This document shows positions 56,708 through 64,000 of a stretch of 64,000 nt of DNA, in pieces (the first letter of the stretch is position 1; the number at the start of each line of letters is the position of its first letter). Source of the stretch: Histomonas meleagridis 2922-C6/04-290x (taxonomy: Eukaryota > Protista > Parabasalia); assembly GCA_020184695.1 (NCBI GenBank), contig JAANOX010000243.1, positions 310,001-374,000 on the forward strand, given 5' to 3'. The notes under the pieces are model-generated. The model was given only the letters and a program-made list of their open reading frames with translations, was not told the origin of the DNA and made no database searches. The position numbers were made by a program, and so were the translations under genes.

Positions 56708-58281
56708 TTCGAAGAAATAAAAAATCGAATAGCATTTTCTCAAGGAATACCAACGGAACTAAACAGACTTGTTTTTGATGGAAGGGAACAAGGTAATCAA
56801 AAAACACTTGCTGACTATAAAATTTTTAATAATTCTCCTTCTTTACATATGGCACCTAAACTTAAAGGTGCAAAACCAGTAACTTATATATCCCAAAGAG
56901 AAAATTGATGTAAATGTTAAAGTACATATCAAAGATCACTTTACATGTATATATCCAAAAAATCTTACTGAAACAAGTTGGAATGTTAATGTTAATGAAA
57001 ATGGTATTATAACAAAAAAGATAATCCAAACTCTGTTGAATATGATCATTTGTTCTGGGAATGTTTGTTTGATGTTAATGAATTTAAGTTTGATGAAGGA
57101 TTTATAGTATCAAAAGAAGGCGCGGGAAAGTTTTTAGAAGAAAAATTATATTATTTGGGACTGAGGGGTAAAGAAGGATTATTCTTAAAGGGAATTAATG
57201 GTAATTATCATCGGTCAAATTACCGTTATATTAATGGTGAATTGGAATATGGTTTTCCAATGACTGATGTTGATTATCAATATAAAGCATATCCATGGCA
57301 AGACCCTGAAGATAAGCCACTATATTATCAAAAAGAAGCAACAGACTCTGGTTTAATTGGATCAAATCTTCGGTGGACATTGAAAAATGGGCTTCTTACG
57401 ATTAAAGGAAATGGACCAATGCGCGATTTTGAAAACGAAACACTCGTTCCATGGAAGAATTTCTTTAATGATATTAATGATCTTAAGATTGAAGGAGGCG
57501 TTTTGACTATTGTTGCCAATGCATTTTGTAATGTAAAGAAACTGACATATGAAAATTCCAAAGATAAATTGGAACAGTTCAATTAATTGGAAAAAAGGCA
57601 TTTTCTGATTATGATAAAACCTTTAAAGACGATGCATTAAGCAAAATTAATGTGTTAAAGTTTTTAGAAGAAGAAATTAAAGCAAATTACGAAACACAAA
57701 TTTCAAATGCAATCTCACCAAATGAATTAGATGAAATTGTTATAAAAGCTCAAAATGAATCAGATGAAAATGAAAAAACGCAAAAAACTTTATCAAAGAA
57801 TAAAATTAGTGAATTCAGTTTTCTTGAAAGTGATAAAATTAAAAATTATCAAGAAGAAATTGATAAGGCATTAGATATCGAATCAATTAAAAAAATTGTT
57901 GAAAATGCACAATTACAAAATGAAGAATTGAAAGCAAATAAAAAAGAATTAACAAAAGAAGAAATTGAAAAATTGGAATTTTTGGGTGATTCACAACAAG
58001 AATACATTGGAAAATTAGAAAGTGCTAAAACAGAAGAAGAATTTAACCAAATATTAGAAGAAGCAAAAGCAAAAAATGAGGAATTAAAGTCAAATGCAAA
58101 TGGAAATGACGCCAATAAAGGTAATACGAACACTACTGCTGTGGTGATAGCTGTTCCTATTGCTGTAGTGGTAATTGCTGTTGCTGTCGTTGTCGTTAGA
58201 AGAAAGAAACAAGCAAACAATAAAATTTATGATAAATCGCCTGAATTTGCCCAAATTAATAGTAAAACCCATATTAATTAA
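56708..58281 (+). pseudogene. Frameshifted mosaic: ubiquitin-like, KPVxY domain, LRR-cap-like, acidic helical repeats and TM
   Basis: EEIKNRIAFSQGIPTELNRLVFDG...KTLADYKI...LHMAPKLKGA is ubiquitin-like. It is followed by KPVTY..PKEKIDVNVKV...LFWEC...FLEEKLYYLGL, then LTIKGNGPMRDF...VPW...IEGGVLTIVANAF, IGKKAF, helical repeats and TM TAVVIAVPIAVVVIAVAVVVV-RRKK. Several frame changes; no clean start. Confidence 0.6.
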
Positions 58282-58304
58282 AATAGATTTATATAATTTT
58301 AACT

Positions 58305-58547
58305 TTATTCAACTATAACATATGTGTTTTCCATTTCGAACTCCGTGAACATATCTTGTGTTTCAGCACTTATCAACTCCTGATCTTCATAAGATATCAT
58401 TGGACATTCGCTTGTGAATTCCTTCTCGAACTGCGAAGTGTCTGTCACATCGCTTAGTTTTGGCTTCCATTGCATTGGTATTTTCTTCAGTAATAAATCA
58501 TTCCAATCAATGCTTGCGAAGAATGGATGCTTTTTCAGGTCTTCAAC
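58305..58547 (-). pseudogene. Orphan AGC-kinase C-terminal tail fragment
   Basis: Hand translation VEDLKKHPFFASIDWNDLLLKKIPMQWKPKLSDVTDTSQFEKEFTSECPMISY...DMFTEF...*. This is the AGC C-tail signature. It is preceded directly by TAA codons, with no kinase domain upstream. Confidence 0.8.
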
Positions 58548-59149
58548 TTATTATTATTAGATATAATTTATCTTATTTTAACTTTAATAAATACCGAATG
58601 TTAAAAAAAAAATATATTTGAAAAAACATGAATAAAATTATAAAAGGAGAAAGAAAAAAAAATTAAGATAGACAAATGAAGCCAGTGTCTAAAATCATTT
58701 ATCCTAAAATAATATTTATGAAATATATTTGTTGTAATTCATCTATTAAACAAGACGATCAAAAATTTTGGCAAAAAAAGTGGACAATTTCTGCTTTGTC
58801 AACTGGAACAACATGAAGACATATTTGATATTCTGTAGTAAGTTTGTATGCTGGCAGTTGCCTAAAAATTTATATTTAAATTTAACACCCGAAGTTGTTT
58901 ATATATTTTGATTTCCAATGAAAAACTATTGAATTACCTCTGTATTTATCAACAAAATTAATATGAAATAATTTAATTTTTGTTTAACCGATTGATTTTG
59001 TTTTATTTTTTTTTTATTTTGGGTTTATGATTTCGGTCACTGACTCTAAACCTTAAACAAGTTGTGAACCCTCAAAATATATCTTTAAGTTATCGAAAGA
59101 TATTTTGTCCAACCACATTTAATATGACTAAAAAAGCATTTTTTATTTA

Positions 59150-62100
59150 TCAGTATTCCTGATAAGGATTTTGTTGTTCTGCCTGAGATACGTATGTTTG
59201 GTATGCTTGATAAGGCTGTGTGTATCTGTACTCCACGTTTGCGTATGCATCATTTCTTAGCTCGACAGAACTATCCAATCCTTCGTATGCTTCGTTGTTC
59301 TTATAATTTCTTCTTCTCTTGATGTAGACCACAGTGACTACGACGCCCACTATAACTACAATTATACAAGCAGCAACAATACCAAATATTGTACCAACTC
59401 CAATTGTGGTATCTTTTTCACTTATTCTTCTTACTTTTCGATTACTTATATAATCACCAACGAAATCATCAGGAACAATAATATAATCAGCTGGCACATA
59501 AAGGAATACATCATCATCACATTTAGGAGGATAAGTACCATTAAAGAATATATAAGTTAATGAAGAACATAACTTAAATGCGTATTCATAAATATATTGT
59601 ATTGTATCATAAATTATTAACTTTTCTAAATCCGATGCAAGAAATGCGGAGTTTCCAATTGTTTTTACTGATTTAGGTACTGTTAATTCTTTAATTCCTG
59701 AATAAGCGAAAGCAAAATCTCCAATGACTTCAAGAGAGCTACCAAATGTAATAATATTTAATGAATTACATAAATAGAATCCATATTCTCCAATTGTCTT
59801 AAGTGAATCACCAAATTTAATACTTTGCAATTTTTTACAATAATAAAATGCATTATCACTAATTGTTTCGACATTATTAAAGTTAATGTATCTTAATGAA
59901 ACGCAATTTCGGAATGCTGAACTATTGATAAATGTGACTGATTCTGGGAAATCAAATGATTTTAAGTTTGAACAATAAGCAAATGAATTATTTCCAATCT
60001 TTGTGATTCCTTTTGGTATTGTTACTTCCTCTAAATAATACCAATTACAAAATGCTTTATATCCAATTTCTTTAACACATTCTCCTAAATGAACATAACT
60101 ACATTGATAACTTTGTATTTCAATTCTATCAAATGTATATTCAGTAATTACTGTGAAATAACTTCCATCAAAATCTCGTAAATTATTACAATTATAAAAT
60201 GATAATGTACCAAATTGTTCAATCGAATTTGGTATTGTAATACTTTTCAATGAATCGCAATCATAAAATGCAAATGAACCTAATGATTTAAGTGAATTTG
60301 GTAATGTAATATTTTCTAATGAATCACATTGACAAAATGCATAATCACCAATTGATAGTGTTGAATTACCAAATGTAATACTTTCTAATGATTTACAATA
60401 ACGAAATGTTTCATATTTAATCTCTGTAAGGGAATTTGGTATTGTAATACTTCTTAATGAAATACAATAAACAAACGTTTGCTCTCCTATTGATTTAATT
60501 GATTCACTTAATTTAATATTAGTTAATGCGATACAAGCATAAAATGCTCCGTCTTCAATAACTGTGACTGAATCAGGAATTATAATGTTATTTAATGAAA
60601 TACAATTATAGAATGCAATCATTCCTATTGTTGCAATTGATTTACCAAATTCAACTTTAGTTAATTTTCCACAATCATAAAATGTACCTATTTCAATAGA
60701 TGTAACTAAATCAGGAATTATAATGTTTTGTAATGAAGTACATTTATAAAATGCACAAATTCCAATTGTTTTAACTGAATTGCTCATTATAACATTTATT
60801 AATGAAACACTATTTTGAAATGCTGAATTACCAATAGTTGTTACTGAATTACCAATTGTAATACTTGTTAATTTAGTTTTATAAAATGCTAAGTTTTTAA
60901 TTGTTTCAATTGTATCTGGTACTATATATGAACCTGTTTTAGCTGGTGGATAACAAATAATTTCTTTAAGATTTAAATCATAAAGAACTCCATCATCATT
61001 ATAATTCTTATAATGTGTATTATTTGGTGATACATTAATAGATAATAAATTAGTACAACCTGAAAATACTTCATTACCGATTAATTCAACTGATTCTGGA
61101 ATTAATATTGTTCTTAATCCTGTTTGACCAAATGATAATGCACTAATTGTTATTAATGATTTTGGTAATGTTATAGTTGTTAAATTATAACATAAATTAA
61201 ATGCTTGATTAAGAATTAATGTAATTGATTCAGGAATTGTAATTTTAGTTAATGAAATACATGAGTAAAATGTTCGATAACCAATTGTAGTTATAGTATT
61301 TGGTAAATTAACATTATCTAATTCAACGCAATTTTCAAATGTATTATTACCAAGTTCAATAAGTGAATTACCGAAAGTAATACTTTGTAATTTATCACAT
61401 TTTAGAAATGCAGAATTTCCAATTGTTTTAACAGAATCACTAATTACAACATTATTTAAATTCTTACATTCACTAAATGCAGAAATACCAATTGTTGTGA
61501 CTGAATTACCAATTGTAATTTTAGTTAAATATTTACATGAACTAAATGCATTATTTCCAATTGATATAACATTATCAGGTATTATAATAGTCTTCAAATA
61601 TGTACAATTAGAAAATGCTGAAGCTTTAATTGTCTTAAGATTATTTGATAATTTTATTTCAGTAATTTTAGATGAACAAAATGAAGAAACGCCAATCGTT
61701 TCTACTAAATCACTCATTGTGATAGTTTCTAATTTATAACAGTCATAAAACACAGAAGATTTAATTTCTTTAACATTATCAGGAATTTTAATATTCTTTA
61801 AACTTGAACAATATTCAAATGCAGAGTTTCCAATTTCAATAACTGAATTACCAATTGTTACATTATTTAAATTATAACAATTACAAAATGAATAATTTCC
61901 AATTGTTGTAACTGAATCACCAATAATTAAATCTTTAATATTATGACAATTACGAAATGCACTATCACCAATTACTTCAACAGAATTTGGAATTATTAAT
62001 TTAGTCAAAAATGTACAATCAGGAAATGCACATTCAGAAATTATTTTAACTGAGTTAGAAATTGTTAATGTTTTTATTCTTTTACAACTACCAAATGCAA

Positions 62101-63793
62101 AAACAGGAATTACTGTTATTGAAGAAGGAATTGTAACATAACTTAAAACAGTACAATTATAAAATGAATATTCTCCAAATTGTTTAATTGAATTACTGAA
62201 ATAAATAGTCTTTGATTTACTACAACAAGAAAATGCATAATTATCAATTATTGTAACTGGATTAGGAACATTATAAGAAGTTCCTTTAGCTATTGGGAAA
62301 CAAATAATTTTATTAATTTCATAATCATAAAGAACTCCATCGCCAACATAATTAGCATAATATTTATTTGTTTGTGCAACATCAATAGTTTTTAATGAGA
62401 AACAATATCGAAATACATATTCACCAATTGTTTTAACTGTTTCTGGTATTTTAATACTTTTTAATGAATCGCAATATTCAAATGCATTTTTACCAATTGT
62501 TTCAATCGAATTACCGAATGTAACTGAATATAAATTAGAACAATGACTAAATGCATAAGGTTCAATTGTAATAAGTGAATTTGAAAGAGTTAAATATTTT
62601 ATTTTAGCATTATAAAATGCATAACTTTTAATTGTTTCTGTGGTATCTGCTATTGATACTGTCCCAACTCGTGCTGGTGGAAATTGAATTAATTCTTTAA
62701 AGTTATAATCATAAAGAATAACTCCATTTTCTACCTTTCGGAAATATTTGTTTTCTTCAGAGACTATAATCGATTGTAATTTAACACAGCCTTCAAATAC
62801 TTTTTCTTGGATTTCTGAAACTGTTTTACCAATTATAATTTTTGTGATTTTACTACAGCCATAAAATGCTTCACGACAAATTGTTGTAATTGGTTCAGTA
62901 ATATTAACTATCTTTAATCGAATACAATCTGCAAAAGCTGATTCAGAAATAGAATTAAGTGAATTACCAAATGTAATACTATTTAAGTATTGACAATTAC
63001 GAAACACATTAGGGCCAATCGATTTAACTGTGTTTGGAAGTGTAATTTCAAATAATGATTTACAATCGAGAAATGCAGATGCACCAATGGAAATTATTGA
63101 TTCACTAAACTCAAGATTTCGTAAATAAAGACAGTGTTCAAAGACTGAGTCCCCAATAGTTACGACTGAATTTGGAATTGTTACATTTTCCAAATTATAA
63201 CATCTTTGAAATGTATAATTTTCAAGTGTTTTAATCCCATATGGCAGAGTAATGACATCAATTAGACATGATGAAAATGCTGAAATTCCAATTGTAGTTA
63301 CTGCTCTTGGAATTTCAAAATTTTTTAAACTCGTACCTGAAAATGCATAATCACCAATTGTTGTTATGGGACCCAAGATCTCAACACTTGTTAAGCCACT
63401 TTCATAAAATGCTGAATTGGGAATTACAGTGATTGATTTTGGAATTGTGATGCTCTTTAATGAGGAACACTTACAAAATACATATTCACCAATTGATGTA
63501 ACCGAGTCGGGTATTGTAAGCTTCTCTAAAGAAGAACACCCATAAAATGCATTGTTTCCAATTGATGTAATTGAACCTTCTATATAAAAAGAGGTAAGAG
63601 ACTGCCACTCATAAAATGCATCAGACTTAATTTCTTGAATATCTTGTTCCATGGTAATGCAATTATATCCAGCATTATCAAAATCTACTCTACTAATTGT
63701 TTTGCTTTTACTAATAGAATAACATTTTTCATTAAAATTAACTGCTGCGTCTTGGCTTAAAGAATTTATTCCAACCAGTAAGAACAGAAGCAT
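59150..63793 (-). CDS. BspA-like (TpLRR/LRR_5) surface protein with signal peptide, TM and cytoplasmic tail
   Basis: ATG at 63793, hydrophobic N-terminus, dozens of LxxIxIPxSVxxIGxxAFxxCxx repeats, TM GVGTIFGIVAACIIVVIVGVVVTVVYI, and a Tyr-rich tail. Confidence 0.95.
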   Translation of the reverse strand: MLLFLLVGINSLSQDAAVNFNEKCYSISKSKTISRVDFDNAGYNCITMEQDIQEIKSDAFYEWQSLTSFYIEGSITSIGNNAFYGCSSLEKLTIPDSVTSIGEYVFCKCSSLKSITIPKSITVIPNSAFYESGLTSVEILGPITTIGDYAFSGTSLKNFEIPRAVTTIGISAFSSCLIDVITLPYGIKTLENYTFQRCYNLENVTIPNSVVTIGDSVFEHCLYLRNLEFSESIISIGASAFLDCKSLFEITLPNTVKSIGPNVFRNCQYLNSITFGNSLNSISESAFADCIRLKIVNITEPITTICREAFYGCSKITKIIIGKTVSEIQEKVFEGCVKLQSIIVSEENKYFRKVENGVILYDYNFKELIQFPPARVGTVSIADTTETIKSYAFYNAKIKYLTLSNSLITIEPYAFSHCSNLYSVTFGNSIETIGKNAFEYCDSLKSIKIPETVKTIGEYVFRYCFSLKTIDVAQTNKYYANYVGDGVLYDYEINKIICFPIAKGTSYNVPNPVTIIDNYAFSCCSKSKTIYFSNSIKQFGEYSFYNCTVLSYVTIPSSITVIPVFAFGSCKRIKTLTISNSVKIISECAFPDCTFLTKLIIPNSVEVIGDSAFRNCHNIKDLIIGDSVTTIGNYSFCNCYNLNNVTIGNSVIEIGNSAFEYCSSLKNIKIPDNVKEIKSSVFYDCYKLETITMSDLVETIGVSSFCSSKITEIKLSNNLKTIKASAFSNCTYLKTIIIPDNVISIGNNAFSSCKYLTKITIGNSVTTIGISAFSECKNLNNVVISDSVKTIGNSAFLKCDKLQSITFGNSLIELGNNTFENCVELDNVNLPNTITTIGYRTFYSCISLTKITIPESITLILNQAFNLCYNLTTITLPKSLITISALSFGQTGLRTILIPESVELIGNEVFSGCTNLLSINVSPNNTHYKNYNDDGVLYDLNLKEIICYPPAKTGSYIVPDTIETIKNLAFYKTKLTSITIGNSVTTIGNSAFQNSVSLINVIMSNSVKTIGICAFYKCTSLQNIIIPDLVTSIEIGTFYDCGKLTKVEFGKSIATIGMIAFYNCISLNNIIIPDSVTVIEDGAFYACIALTNIKLSESIKSIGEQTFVYCISLRSITIPNSLTEIKYETFRYCKSLESITFGNSTLSIGDYAFCQCDSLENITLPNSLKSLGSFAFYDCDSLKSITIPNSIEQFGTLSFYNCNNLRDFDGSYFTVITEYTFDRIEIQSYQCSYVHLGECVKEIGYKAFCNWYYLEEVTIPKGITKIGNNSFAYCSNLKSFDFPESVTFINSSAFRNCVSLRYINFNNVETISDNAFYYCKKLQSIKFGDSLKTIGEYGFYLCNSLNIITFGSSLEVIGDFAFAYSGIKELTVPKSVKTIGNSAFLASDLEKLIIYDTIQYIYEYAFKLCSSLTYIFFNGTYPPKCDDDVFLYVPADYIIVPDDFVGDYISNRKVRRISEKDTTIGVGTIFGIVAACIIVVIVGVVVTVVYIKRRRNYKNNEAYEGLDSSVELRNDAYANVEYRYTQPYQAYQTYVSQAEQQNPYQEY

Positions 63794-64000
63794 TGGAAAC
63801 AAATTAGATCTGATTGAGGGGTTAACCCTGCATTCAATTTGTTGATTAGACGGTTGTTTGCATTCAATTTTTTAACTAAACGGTTATTTTTACATCGCCG
63901 ACATTATAACTATGACGAAAATTTTAATAATATTACCACAAAATAAATCATAAACAATTTAATAATAAAATGGCCTAAAAAAATGAATTTCTTACAAAAC

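Noticed and set aside
882-61739. Many short ORFs in the track that are antisense to or nested in real genes (e.g. 1632-1823, 8571-8921, 24857-25288, 52389-52628, 53999-54304, 61497-61739)
   Set aside because: Shadow ORFs with no recognisable motifs, overlapping well-supported genes.

Overview
AT-rich eukaryotic genomic DNA in the standard genetic code. The gene content points to a parabasalid protist (Trichomonas/Tritrichomonas-like): BspA leucine-rich-repeat surface protein, expanded DUF3447-type ankyrin genes, a multi-TM cyclase, a BEACH protein, Inr/M5-like promoter motifs and long intronless ORFs. Intact housekeeping-type genes include Nup155-like, HUS1-like, RPL23, an E2 enzyme, FANCI-like, Raptor-like, Vta1-like, Rictor-like and tRNA-Pro. 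There are two Tc1/mariner-superfamily transposons, several decayed gene copies and a 47-bp minisatellite. The standout observation concerns all five ankyrin loci. Their reading frames are broken by short T-rich inserts that always fall in the beta-hairpin linker between the D/N of one repeat and the TPLH/TAL of the next. The inserts lack GT-AG ends. In 14 of 19 long inserts the D/N-to-T distance is exactly 80 nt even where the insert sequences have diverged. The flanking ankyrin modules stay almost entirely open and vary mainly at binding-face residues. Multi-kb ORFs elsewhere in the window are indel-free. This suggests an unrecognised processing system (non-canonical introns, recoding, or cassette assembly), but the mechanism cannot be settled from DNA alone.
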